The notes under the pieces are model-generated. The model did no database searches. It saw only the letters and a program-made list of their open reading frames with translations, and was not told the DNA's origin. From assembly GCA_964016885.1 (NCBI GenBank), contig OZ024740.1:84630001-84694000 (forward strand): 64,000 nucleotides of DNA. Reading direction: 5' to 3'. Shown here piece after piece: positions 25,204 to 38,126 of the stretch. The translations under genes were made by a program, and so were the position numbers. Every line of letters begins with the position of its first letter. The stretch's first letter is position 1. The stretch comes from Eledone cirrhosa (taxonomy: Eukaryota).

Positions 25204-25480
25204 GATAGATAGATAATTTTCTTTTTATTTACCACCAGCGCATCAAAAAGTCGGACAAGTACAATGGGGGAAGTTTACATAACAAGGCGTCCTCAATAAG
25301 GAGGAGGCAATAACAAGATATAAAAATAAAATACAACATAACAAAATAAATTTTATAACAAAATCCTCGATAGGGAGGAGGCGCCTTGGGGGATCGCACA
25401 CACACCCGAAAAAAAGTGTGCAACCCTTCTCCTCATGAGCACAGATAGGGGGTGCTCTCTTGATCTTTCATCTTCCTCAC

Positions 25481-28400
25481 CTATAGTCTGATGTAGAGTG
25501 AAGGCCCATTCACACGGGCCATTCTCGCCACTTTCACCCATCTTTCATAAAAACGGCTGGAGTGCAGCACCTCTCTCTCCATCCTGATCCTTCTTCCGAA
25601 ATGATATCAAAAGAAACGGACCAGTTGTTGGCCAGAGAGAAAGGTGTCTGACCTCAGTCTTTTCAGACGCGTCCACCATACAACCTCTTTCGCCATGGCT
25701 ATTACGCACAGAAACACCGCCTCTCCTTCGTTTTTGAAGAGGGGAGGCGGCTTGATCGTTACAATAGACTCGGTGGTCAACCGGATCGGTCCCACCCTTG
25801 ACAGCAGTTGTTCGACATAGCCCCACAGATCAGCAATGCCCGAGCAGTGTACCAATGCGTGTGCAACGGTTTCCTCGTCGCACACGCATCTGGGACAGAT
25901 CTTTTTCGAGGGGTCCCTACCCGGGCGCCCGTGTCTGTAGAGCCTTTCTCGAACGGGCAGAGCCCCTCGGTAGCACTGCCAGGCCAGGGACTTCTGAAAG
26001 TTATCCATGGGTCCCGGGCTTAATGTCCTACCGAACAGGTTGTCCAGTTCGTCTTCCTCCATGGCTAGAGCTTCTCCGAGGGCGTCGTCGCACCTGCTAA
26101 CCACCAGCCCTCTATAGAATGACGAGGTGGATTCTCCACTGACAGCCGGGTCCGCCTGCCAGAGAGCCGTGAGCGCCTGGGCACACTCGGTGTGCCAGGC
26201 GCCCAGTTTTCTCAGTCTTTGCTTGACCCAGGATTGCAGCTCGGTGAGTGAGACGAGTCTGGGAAAGGCTCGCCTCACAAACGGGGCCCACACCGGTTGA
26301 CCGGTGAGGAATACCTGGAGGTGCCGTAGCCTTAATGCGTGTTTACGTATCATTAGCCACGTCATCCCCAGCCCTCCTTTCGAAGGGTGTTGACAGCAGA
26401 TGAATCTCCTCACCATAGGAGCCCGCTTCTTCCAAAGGAATTGGAAGAGTGCGCGCTCCATTTTGGCGAGCGTTTCCCTTGGGCAAGGCACAACGGTCAG
26501 GCGGTAGTAGATGACGGACGCTATATAAGTGTTCGCCACCTCCGCCAGACCTTTCAGGGACAGTTTGCACTCGGCCCACTTCTGGGTCAGTTCAAACACC
26601 CTGTTCGTTACCTCACCCCAGTTCTTCTCCACCTGGAGGTCTGGTCCGAACCAGACCCCGAGCAACTTCACCGGGCCCTCCGTCCAGCACCCGACGATGC
26701 CATCGGAGGGCATCGATCTGCCCCTCCACGTGCCGAGTTGCAGACCGATCGACTTGTCCCGGTTCAGCTTAGCCCCTGTAAACCTTTCGTACTCCTCCAG
26801 TAAGGTGCCGATCGCCCCGATTTCCGAGGCCGTCGACACCAATACAGTTACGTCGTCGGCGTAGGCCGACACCGCTTTCCGCAATCCCGGTTCCAACAGG
26901 ATGCCCTGCAACAATTCCAACTTCCGCAGCAGTGGCTCGAGAGTCATTACATACAGAAGGGAGGAGAGATGGCACCCTTGTCGGATGGACCGCGCGATTT
27001 CGAACGGCTCCGAGAGGTAGCCATTCACCTTGACCCTAGAGCAGACGCGGCCGCTGTGCATGGCATTATCCAGCCTCTGAAAACGGGTCCGAAGCCTGCC
27101 GCCGCTAGCACCGCATCCAGGTAACCATGGTCGACCCTATCGAACGCCTTAGATTGATCCAAATTGATCATGGCCCCACCAAACCTGGGTTCGTTCCCAA
27201 CCCTCTCTATGATGTATCGCATGAGGTGGAGGTTGTCGTGGATGGACCTGGACGGGATAGCACATGTCTGCGCATCTCCCACCAGGTTGCCAACGACAAG
27301 CGCCAACCTCTTTGCTAGCACCTTGGCCAAAATCTGTAACTCTGTATTTAGCAGAGTTATGGGCCTGAAATTATTTATATCGTCCCCCTTGTTCTCGTCC
27401 TTCCTCACTAGCGTGACTACGCCCTTGGTCACAGCAAAGGGAATTCTCCCGTTCTGTTGCCAGTTGCAGTAGACCGCCTCGAGTAGATCGGGGAACAAGT
27501 CCGGCATAGCTAGATATAGTTAGTATTGAAGACAATCGAGACCCGGGGTTTTGCGTTTGCCGCATTGGCTCAGCACGTCCTCTACCTCAGCGGCTGAAAT
27601 CGGTTCCTCGCAGGACTTCGCCTCCCTGTCCGAGAGACGCGGCAGGCCGTCGACGTATGGACCGAAGTCCACTTCCCCAACCGGTTCCCCGCCCTTCCGA
27701 ACAATCTGGCAAAGTGCTTTTGAAAAGCCTCGCACATCTGCTTAGGTTCAAGGATCACCCGTCCATCCTGGTCTCGCAAAGACCGGATAGTGAATCTACT
27801 CCCTCTTTTGGCTTCTGTCACGCGGGCCCAGCTAACAGCTTCGGTCCTCTCGTTTCCCAGAGCACGTATTTTGCTTCGGACGATGCAGCCTTCGTGATTC
27901 GCGTCGAAGAACTGGCCCAGGGCCGTTCTCGACGCTAGCACTCTGGCCACGTCGCCGCTTCTAATTGCCTCTTCTACACTATCTACCAACTCCCTTTCCT
28001 TCCTATTTCTATTTGAGGCTAACTCCTTACTAAATTCTATAGAGACTACTCTAATCTCTCTTTTGAGAGATCCCCACCACCTGCTATTGACGATGACGCC
28101 CGTCAACCGCTCCTTAACTAAAGTGCTAATCCGGTCCCTGTAAGCCTTACTTGCCGGTAAGGACAAGTTGAGCTTCCAGTAACCAGGTCCCCGTCTATGC
28201 GTTCTGTCAAGGTTGACCATGCAGGTCACTAACTTGTGGTCTGAATAGCCAACCATGCGCATTTTTGGACAACTTAAAAAGTCCTTATCCTTAATTCTAA
28301 CTAAGAACCTATCTAGGTACGACCTAGATGATCCGCAGCGATTTGCCCAAGTCCAGGTTGGCGCAGTCGGAAAATCTAGTCGATATCTATCGGCCAGGTC

Positions 28401-28916
28401 AAATCTACCGATTAACCCTTTGAGGCTATTACACTCCTCTCTATCGGGACAGCCCCCTACGTAGTCCCAGCGTGCATCTAGGATACCATTCCAGTCCCTC
28501 ACTAATAGCAAGGAGCGGGACGTCCCTAGAAAAGTCTCCAGACGATGGAAGAAGTCCGGCCGCATTGACCCGAAAGGGCCGTAGGCGGCTACCAACCTAA
28601 ACGCTCCGCCTTCACCACTGCCAAGGTCCAGAACCACTAGTCGACCCTCCGGGTCCAAATGTACCATCTGTGTTGCGAGACCCAGATGTTTTTGCAGCAG
28701 AACGACAACCCCACCCCCACCTCCGGGATGACAGAGAGATGCGTGCATCTCAAAGTCATCAAAGGTGGGGGCCAGCTGTCGCACGTTGCTGATCCGGGCC
28801 TCGCAAATAACCATCACATCTATACGTTGTGACCTGAGGTCATTTAGAAGCATTGCTTGCTTCCAAGTTGAGCCCAGGCCACGCGCATTTAAACAGCCTA
28901 CTCTTAGCATTGCCAT
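25481..28916 (-). pseudogene. Tx1-B ORF2 (APE endonuclease, RT, C-terminal zinc finger) with a few frameshifts and stops
   Basis: VGCLNARG, DWN, SYLDRF, SDH, NFRPITLLNTE, LDQSKAFDRVDH, RQGC, YADD, CPRC..EETVAHALVHC. Confidence 0.93.
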
Positions 28917-28940
28917 GTTGGTGGTGAAGAGAAAAGGCAC

Positions 28941-30827
28941 TTACCTCTCTGCGTCCCGGGTATCGGGCTGCACAAGTTCCATGAGGGTGGGGGATTGGTT
29001 GTCGGGTGGGGTGGTGGTTTCTGGCGGGGTGGGGACGGAGGTGTTTGGTGGGGAAGGGGTGCCTGGTGGGGTGGAGATGACTTGGGTGGGGGTGCCTGTG
29101 GTGGGGTGGCCTTTGTAGAGGACGCGGTTGATTGGTTTCACGCAGGAATTCCCCACGTCCTCTACAAATGTTTCTTTTAGGGATCTATAAGTTCCTATAG
29201 GGACACTGATCAGTTTTAGGTTCATTTTTTTGTTTTTGTTGGAGCTATCCAAAGTTTTCCCTTCGGTTTTGACCTAAGGGTTGTTTCTGATGGTCTCCAT
29301 CAGTGTTCTATTTTCTTCGTTTATGTAAGTGTATGTGTACTTTTCCTGTGTTGTGTTTGTTTTTGTCTGTGGTTCCTGCATGTGTTTTCTCTTTGTTGTG
29401 GGTGTTTTGTTTTCGGGAGGGGGAACTTTTGTTTGTGATTTTTGTGCTGTTTGTGCTGGTGTTTGTGTGTTTGTTTCGTTTTTGTTCATGCGGTTCTTTC
29501 TTTTTATTCTTTTCACGGGTTGGAAGGGTTCCTCCTCATCGCCGCTGTGTGCCGTCGATGGGGGTTCCTCATCCGTGTTGATGGGTAGGGGTATGTTTTG
29601 GGGTTCTGTAGTGTCTGTGTGTGTTTTTGTATTTGTTTTGGGTGGGGAGGGGTTGGGTGGAATAGTGTTCTCTGTTGTTTTTTCTTGTTGTCGTGGTGGT
29701 GGTGGTGGTGGTTGTGTTGTTATTTGTGGTGTTGGTAAAAGTGTTTTTTTTTGTCAATTGAGGACAGGCAGCCCTTATGTGACCTCTGCTTGCGCAGTGG
29801 TAACATGCGGACCGCCTACCCTCAACCGAAATGTTTATGTAGGTATGTCCATCCAGAGGTACTCTCTGTGGTATTTTCATTATACGTTCTGGGCTCATCT
29901 GCACCAGAATTTCGACGCTAGTCCCACTAAATATATCTACTGAGATCAAAGTGTCTTGTTCAAAATCAATTAGGCCATAAAGTATCCACCAAATATCTAC
30001 TTTGGGTCTTATACATGTAATTTTTATTTTTTGCGTTCTTTTTCCCATGTATGTAGGGAAAAATGTAAAATGGGTGGACACAATGGGCGCGATGGAATAT
30101 TTTTGTGCTGTTATGTTGTTTTTCATTAGCACCGAGATGTTGCCGAAAAGTTTGGCTTTCTGAATAAATAAAATGTTATCCATGTGGTTCCTTAATACTA
30201 GCTCAATCTCACTCTGTGATAGTTGAGCTGGTTTTTTTGATGCATTTGAGATTGTCCTGAAAACCACCGTGTTCAGGGCATTTTCTCTCCTTAGTTCTTG
30301 TGGTGAATTTATGCTAAATGACCCATTGGGTCCAAAAGTCACATATTGTTTAGCATCTTCCAACTTTTGTTTCGCGTTGGTTAAATCCAAAAGTTGAAAT
30401 ATTTCCGGTTTTTTTTACGGTATCAGCAAAAGAAATTTTGCTGTTGTTGTTGTCACTGTTGTTTGTATTTTCTTTGGTGTTTGTGTTGACATTTTTTTCC
30501 TTTTGATTGGTATTGTTGGATGTGTTTTCAATTTTTTTCATTTTCTGTATTTTTTGGTATCTGTTGTGGGCTGTTATTTTCATTTTTTGTTGTGTGAATT
30601 TCCATTTCTTTACGAAAGGAAGTGTTTACTACATATATATCCTTCTGTGTGTGGATACATGTGACGTTTGTGACGTCAGGCGTGTTCAGTTGCTTACAAG
30701 CAGCTAGATGTTGAGGCGATGATGTTGGCCTTTCTTTGTCCATGTCTGCTACTACCTGCTGGTCAAGTAGGCATGGCTTTCCTTTCCCATCTTCTTGTTT
30801 TGGCAAAGAAGTAGGTGCTTCGGCCAT
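28941..30827 (-). pseudogene. Tx1-B ORF1 (nucleic-acid-binding protein with CCHC knuckle), frameshifted
   Basis: ORFs 30528..30827, 29569..30390 (CYHCASRGHIRAAC), 29274..29516 and 28941..29252; homologous to Tx1-A ORF1. Confidence 0.85.
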
Positions 30828-31400
30828 TTTTTTAAAAATGTACTGTTTTGCAAAAATATTTTGGATGTTTTTGCCCTGAGGGGCACGATATTTTGGAGCA
30901 CTGACCAGATCAAAATTTGACCTGTCAGTCCCTCTACAAATTGGTATAAAATTAAAGTTCGCAATGACGAATTTCTAAGGAAATTTAAACAAAACTTACC
31001 GAGCAAGTTTAACACGTGTCCATCCCAGACAGAGATAGATAGATTAGAAAAGACATGAAGGAAAGTCAACACAGGAGAAAAATGCTATACAAAAATAATA
31101 TATTAGTTTAACGCTTGATGTGCTTGGAAAAGCAAATTACCGTTTCGGATAATACTCTTTCATGGGAAGATAGAAAGAGAGAGAAGAGCGGATGTTCTGG
31201 AGAAAGACGAAACAAAAAGACAGACGAGGGTAAAAAAGAAAATGTGAAAATGATAGACAGGAGTGAAAGCATGTGTTGTTGTTAGTCCATCTTGAAAAAC
31301 GAAGAGAAAAAATCAGAACGAAGAGAAGCAAGCATCAACGGAGACGGAAAAATCTGTGCCTGTGTATGTTTGTCCATAGTGATCAGTTTATGAAGATTTA

Positions 31401-31625
31401 TGTGTGTGTGTGTGTGTGTGTGAATGTGTGTGTGTGTGAGTAAATGTGCGTGTGTGTATGTGTGTGTGTGTGTAAGTGCGTGTGTGTGTGTGAGTATGTG
31501 TGAGTGAGTGTGTGAGTGAATGTGTGTGTGTATGAGTGAGTGAATGTGTGTGTGTGTGTGTGTGTGAGTGTGTCTGCGTGTGTATGTACACGTGTGTTTG
31601 CACGCGTGTGTGTCTGTGTATGTGA
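31401..31625. repeat. Degenerate (TG)n/(TGAG)n tract
   Basis: Directly visible. Confidence 0.9.
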
Positions 31626-32559
31626 GAGCGAGGGCATGTTTACATGTATGTAGTTATACAGTGTATATATCATAGTTTTATTTTATTACTTGAGAATGCT
31701 ACTGCATCCCTATATTGGCAGAAAATTTATACATTCTCTGTAACATTATTTTTGTTTGATTGACTAAGTTGTCTTGATAATTTAACTAGCGCCCAATGAA
31801 CCATTTTATATCTATAACTCAATTGTGGATAACTAATGTGTTGATAACTATTTCTTTATTATTTCTGTATGTAGTTCTGATTTTAAGTAGTTATCTAGTG
31901 CATACGTGATATATCTTATACTTGTCTTTCCTTCGTGTTATGAATTCTCTTTAGTTTATCATTATGTGTGAGTAAATCTGTATTTGTTCTAATCCACTTG
32001 CGTATATATCTATTATCTAGTATGACATTAGTGTTGATATTTAATTTTCTTCTTTTCAAAATTATCTTGAATCATCATTCTAAGCAGAAACTTATCATCT
32101 GTATCAGTGGTTATCTCAGTCCAGCGTACAACATGAGTTTGAACAATGAATTCTTGATTGTTCTCCCATATAAAAATCCGATTAATATCTGGTTTAACAT
32201 TATAAATAACATTTTTAATGCCAACCAGAAAAACAAATATTGAATAGATTCCCTTGGAGTTGTCTCCTTTGAACAGAGAAGGGATTAGATTTTAATCGTT
32301 TTGTTTTTGCCTATACCTGCATCATATTATTTGCTATTTACTGAAGGTGTGTTTAATGTCGCTTATTATTACAGATGTAAGGCGTGACTTGCTATCCACA
32401 GTAAAGGTCATCCGGGATCTATTCTGTTGCCTGTGTGTCACCAGATTATCGTTCTCCTAATTCATTTTCCTTTGTTCTGCTGCTCTTCATATCGATTTTC
32501 TCCTATTCATTTGCATGCAAACCAATACTGTTTTTGTTGCCATGCTAAGTAGCGTGACA

Positions 32560-32900
32560 TTAAAGCCATATTTCGGCTTCTGGGGGACCATAGGGGGCTG
32601 TTGCATTCCGTCCCTGGACAATGTTTGAAGTTTTCCAGCAACACTTTACCGAATGTTATGCGAGGAGCGACGAACTGAAGTCAATGAGCTTTGATAACCA
32701 ACTCAATACTCTGACGCGACTTTTAGGCAGGGAGGTAGAATCCTGCAAAAATCCGATCTCACCAGATAAAATAACAGACGCACTGAACCCTTGTGGGATA
32801 GACAAATCATCCAATTTGGATGGTCTTCCTTAGAAGCCCCATATTCACATACCAGAATTGTTCGCTACAATTGTGGCAGCTATCTAATGTATCTGGCAGC
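32560..32900 (+). pseudogene. Old Tx1 ORF2 fragment (pre-RT region), continuing at 39435
   Basis: FEVFQQHF..ESCKNPIS..CGIDKSSNLDGLP matches Tx1-B CEAFQKHF..SCEEPIS..CGKRKTPGLD. Confidence 0.8.
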
Positions 32901-32997
32901 TTTATAAGGAATGAGTTAGAGCCACACACCCTCGGGCATCATTTCTGAAGAATAGATTTTTATTTTATCATTAGTTTTTAATACTAAATCATGCAAC

Positions 32998-33373
<376 letters not shown>

Positions 33374-33465
33374 ATAACACTGGAAGGTAATATCCGTAGT
33401 AGTAGAGCACTCAGTCCATGGGACGAGTTTGGTAGAAGTGGTAACACACCAGTTAGTTCACAATA

Positions 33466-33506
33466 CCGAGAACAATTGTTTCACCTTATGCGGATCTTCA
33501 GCTCGG
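33466..33506 (-). ncRNA. Minimal hammerhead ribozyme of PLE-3
   Basis: ccgag-CTGAAGA-tccgcataaggt-GAAAC-aatt-GTT-ctcgg; 5 bp stem I, palindromic stem III. Confidence 0.75.
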
Positions 33507-35530
33507 ACTGGTAATGGTTATACGGAACAGGAAAGGAGAAACAACCGTATAAACGCGCATGCGCAGAAACGGTCAAAACAACGGGCGAAAGGTGTAAGGG
33601 AGATAATTGCGAATGTCTGGAGTAAATTGTTCGAATTGATTATAATATTAGAATGTTGCTGTTATTCAATCAGGATCTTTGTAGTTATTCAAGAGGTGTT
33701 TCCAGACGTGTGGACAACGTGAGAATATTTCATTTCTTGAATTTAGGCAATCGCTATTGCGTAATCTCCTTAGAATAGTTATCCTTTCTTCAATACACAG
33801 TCCACAAGACGGATTGCCCATTGCGTATGGCTTGGACTTAGTGATAGCTTTCCATTGAATGGAGTAGTCTATAACCGAGTCTTTGAGGAACCATACGTGG
33901 CTCGCGAGCTTCGTGGATGATCGCTTGTCCGGGTGCCTAAAGGTCGACTGAGGGTTCAGGAAGCGTTCCTTAAACCGGCCCTCCGCCATACCTGTGGTTG
34001 ATTTGGTCGGTTGGAAGTGACCACAGCTTCATAAACTAGAATGGGTGTGTTGCATTGCTGTTGAAGGGGACAAACTTCAGGCTTTCGGCAAGAGCATCCT
34101 GGTGGGGTTCCGCTCTTAGGGCTGTTGGTGATGTGGGCCTTCATATACTTAGCGCAGGAGTACCCTAGTTTTACTCAGTATCTGTTAAAGATGGAGCGGT
34201 ATTTGTGACCTATGGAAAGTGTCTATCTAAGAGGGCTAAAAATAATTTTCTACATTAGTTTTAACGTTGAGTGAGAAGGGAGGAGAGAACCAGATAGTTT
34301 GTCTATTGGTACGATTTCTTTACTTATTGCTGTTGGTGTTAGCGGGAGAGTAAGTAATTGGCTGCGAGAAGCCGATGTTAGCTAACTCCGTGTTGTAGTA
34401 GAGGACCGCTCTGTCAAAGATTGCTTTATTAGCGGAGAGGTTAGATATTCTAGTAGATATTATTTACGAAATTTCTAAAAACAGTAGCGTATGGAAGGGT
34501 CTGAAGGTATGTGTGCGAATGTCTAAATTAATGCCTAAGAAATCTACGCTATAGAGGTTGGTGGCTACCATTATCCTAAGACCTAACTCATTAAAAGTAG
34601 AACTTAAATCTGACAGAGCGGCCCCCTACTACAACACGGCGTTAGCTAACAGCGGCTTTTCGCAGCCTATTACTTACTCCCCCGTTAACACAACAGCAAT
34701 AAGTAAAGAAATCGTACCAATAGACAAACTATCTGGTTCTCTCCTCCCTTCTCACTCAACGTTAAAACTAATGTAGAAAATTATTTTTAGCCCTCTTAGA
34801 TAGACACTTTCCCATAGGTCACAAATACCGCTCCATCTTTAACAGACACTGAGTAAAACTAGGGTACTCCTGCGCTAAGTATATGAAGCCCCACATCACC
34901 AACAGCCCTAAGAGCGGCACCCCACCAGGATGGTCTTACCGAAAGCCTGAAGCTTGTCCCCTTCAACAGCAATGCAACACACCCATTCTAGTTTATGAAG
35001 TTGTGGTCACCTCCAACCGACCAAATCAACCACAGGAGGTCAAATCCTATGTGGGTATGGCGGAGGGCGGGTTTAAGGAACGCTTCCGGACAAACGATCA
35101 TCCACAAAGCTCGCGAGCCACGTATGGTTCCTCAAAGACTCGGTTATAGACTACTCCATTCAATGGAAAGCTATCACTAAGTCCAAGCCATACGCAAGGG
35201 GCAATCCGTCTTGTGGACTGTGTATTGAAGAAAGGATAAATATTCTAAGGAAATTACGCAATAGCGATTGCCTAAATTAAAGAAATGAAATATTCTCACG
35301 TTGTCCACATGTCTGGAAACACCCCTTGATTAACTACAAAGCTCCGGATTGAATAACAACAACATTCTAATATTATAATCAACTCGAACAATTTATTCCG
35401 GACATTCGCAATTATCTCCCTTACACCTTTCGCCCGTGGTTTTGAATCGCTTGGGTGAAGTGACCGTTTCTGCGCATGCGCGTTCATACAGTTGTTTCTC
35501 CTTTTCCTGTTCCGTATAACCATTACCAGT

Positions 35531-35571
35531 CCAAGCTGAAGATCCGCATAAGGTGAAACAATTGTTCACGG
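35531..35571 (+). ncRNA. Mirror PLE-3 hammerhead with mismatched stem I
   Basis: ccaag-CTGAAGA-tccgcataaggt-GAAAC-aatt-GTT-cacgg. Confidence 0.6.
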
Positions 35572-35637
35572 TATTGTGAACTAACTGGCGTGTTACTACT
35601 TACATATATATATATATATATATGTAAGTAAGCACAC

Positions 35638-35718
<81 letters not shown>

Positions 35719-36729
35719 TACATATACATATACATATACATATATACGTTATATTGAACATTGATAATAATGTTCGATTCGTTTGTAAGCAATCGGTCCG
35801 ATTTGAAGCTGTTCCGTGCCGGTGACCGGTCGTCACCTGTTTGTTCAACACTGGCTTTGAGGAAAAATCACCATGTTTCTGATACAAACGAATCGAACAT
35901 TTTTGGTTTGCTACGTTAGGCTATTAGATTCTGTCAGTTACGTCAGTTAATCAAGGACACTGCTGGTAGGACGAGCTCTATAATTTTATACACTACTTCG
36001 ACCGCTGATTTTATGTATCAGTTCTGTTACTTAGGTATTCATTTCTTGAAGAGTAGTACTGTTCCTTAAGGTGCTAGTGATAACGGTGAAGTATATCTTG
36101 GAAAGTATTTGCCAGATGTGCTATGAGAACATATCAAATAGAAATACCAACTGCAAGAGGTCTGAAGAATACTAAGGAAATGTAAATGCCAGGTGGTTTA
36201 TGGTGTATAAGTGTAATTGGCAGATAACTGGTGTTGTACACCAGGTCCGAACACAGAAGAGCCGAACTCCCACTATCATCGCCTCCACCTCTTTTAAGGT
36301 TAAAGCGAATGATAAATTAGTACTAGAATATGATTTTATAACTGAAATAGGACATTTTTCTGTATATAAATTTTTTGTATTATGCTTTTGCTTCTGGAGT
36401 AATGTGAGTTAAAACGTTAGTTAACATGTGGTAGGCTGCTTTATTGTAGTTTCTTTTGTTGCTACTGTACAAGCAAAATGCAAATGGCACACGATATATC
36501 GGTAATACCTACATCAACGAAATTAGGTTAACCCTGTCTGTATAGACGTTGTTAGCTCTCTGTAAAGATAGAGGTGGGGTAGGTTCGACATCGCTTCTCA
36601 ACAAATCGTATATACTATTACAAATACTAAACGTTTAATAACCTCATTTGTACGAAGAATTAAATAAATATACATATAACAATAAAATATAGAGATACGT
36701 TTGTTAAATATTTATTTAATACATTTTCA

Positions 36730-38047
36730 GCATTTGTAGCTCTGCAAATAAGAGAACATTCGAAAGCAATACCAAAATAGAAAAGGAAATCAGAAATTAG
36801 AGGAACAACACAAAACATTTCCAAGACTTAATAAATGTTTTCTTACAATCACAGATAAGGATTCTTTATCACAAATCCAGGATCACAAGCAAAGTCCAGA
36901 ACTATGATAATCTAATCAGTCTGATCCTGAAATAATAGTTAAGAAAAGAACTGGAAGTGATGAAAATGTGAGCCCTTCTGATGTAGCAGGGTGTTCATCT
37001 ACACATAGAAATAAATTCGCAAAACTCATTGATTTTGACCAATACAATGTGTTCACTGAAGTCAATGTAGATTATTGGATCGCTAATGTTACTTCTGAGT
37101 GTCAACATTGGAATAATTAATTTGAAAGTTCTAAGCGAGTATTCAAAAATAAAAACTATATATTGTTCAAAAAGTATTTTTCATTCACGAAAAGTTAATG
37201 AAGAAATGTACGCTCGTGAATGGCTTAAGTACTATCCAACAACAGGCTGTGTTGACCGCTTTGTCTGTATTTCTTATCAGTCTTCACCTTCAGCATTATC
37301 TTCTGAAGGATTTAGTGGCTGGAGAAATCTTAAGTTAATTAATAGTCATGAAAAGACAGAAATCCATGGAACAGCTTTTGTTTACGTATTTGTCAAGAAA
37401 ACGCAGTTCGACTTTGAATTCAAAATTAGCTGAAATACAAAAGCAGAACAACAATATTGGAAAATGGTCCTTGATCGCGTTATTTCCGTTATATGTACAT
37501 TAGCAGGGCGTGGGTTAGCATTTAGATGAAGCAATGAAACTTTTGGATCAATAGTTAATGGTAACTATGTTGGGATTTTAGAATTCATATGTTTCATCTA
37601 TTTTTGTTGCCAATCCCATAAAACAAAACTAAAACAGAGGACAAGCAAAGCCCAGAACATATTTGTCTGAAAGAATATGTGATGAAATTGTTATTCTTAT
37701 GGTTAAAAAAGTAAGAGAATCAATTTTGAATGATTTGAGAAAAAGTAGCTATTTTAGTTTGTTAGTCAAATCCACACCAGATTTGTCTCACGTTGATTAC
37801 CTAACTGTTATAATCACGTATGTATCGCTTGATGGCGGTTTACCTGTTGAACGATTTTTAACATTCTTAGAATTGAAGAATCACAGCGGGGAATGTATGG
37901 GAGATATGGTGGTGAACTATCTTAGTAAAGATTAGGCTTTAGAAAGATAGACTTTAAAATAGACTTTAGTAAGTGCAGAAGACAATCTTATTATGTCAGG
38001 TAATTACAGGGGCATGTAACAGAAAATTCTAGAAATAAACAAGCATG

Positions 38048-38126
<79 letters not shown>

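Larger units (their letters stand above)
25216..31030 (-). mobile_element. Near full-length Tx1-like LINE Tx1-B, head-to-tail with Tx1-A, with short (TATC)n at both ends
   Basis: ORF1 with CCHC knuckle, ORF2 APE-RT-zinc finger, 3' aataaaaagaaaat. Confidence 0.93.
33376..35601. mobile_element. Penelope-like element PLE-3: two 5'-truncated GIY-YIG 3' ends in inverted arrangement (33376-34460 minus; about 34610-35601 plus)
   Basis: CSCRKPEVCPLQQQC, LVYE..YVGMAEG.FKERF, CGLCIEE, CLNSRNE. The roughly 1 kb arms are reverse complements. Confidence 0.92.

Noticed and set aside
28938-28946. Stop-codon readthrough between Tx1-B ORF1 and ORF2, which are in frame across one TAA
   Set aside because: ORF2 is out of frame with ORF1 in Tx1-A and Tx1-C, so the frame is not conserved while the donor motif is.
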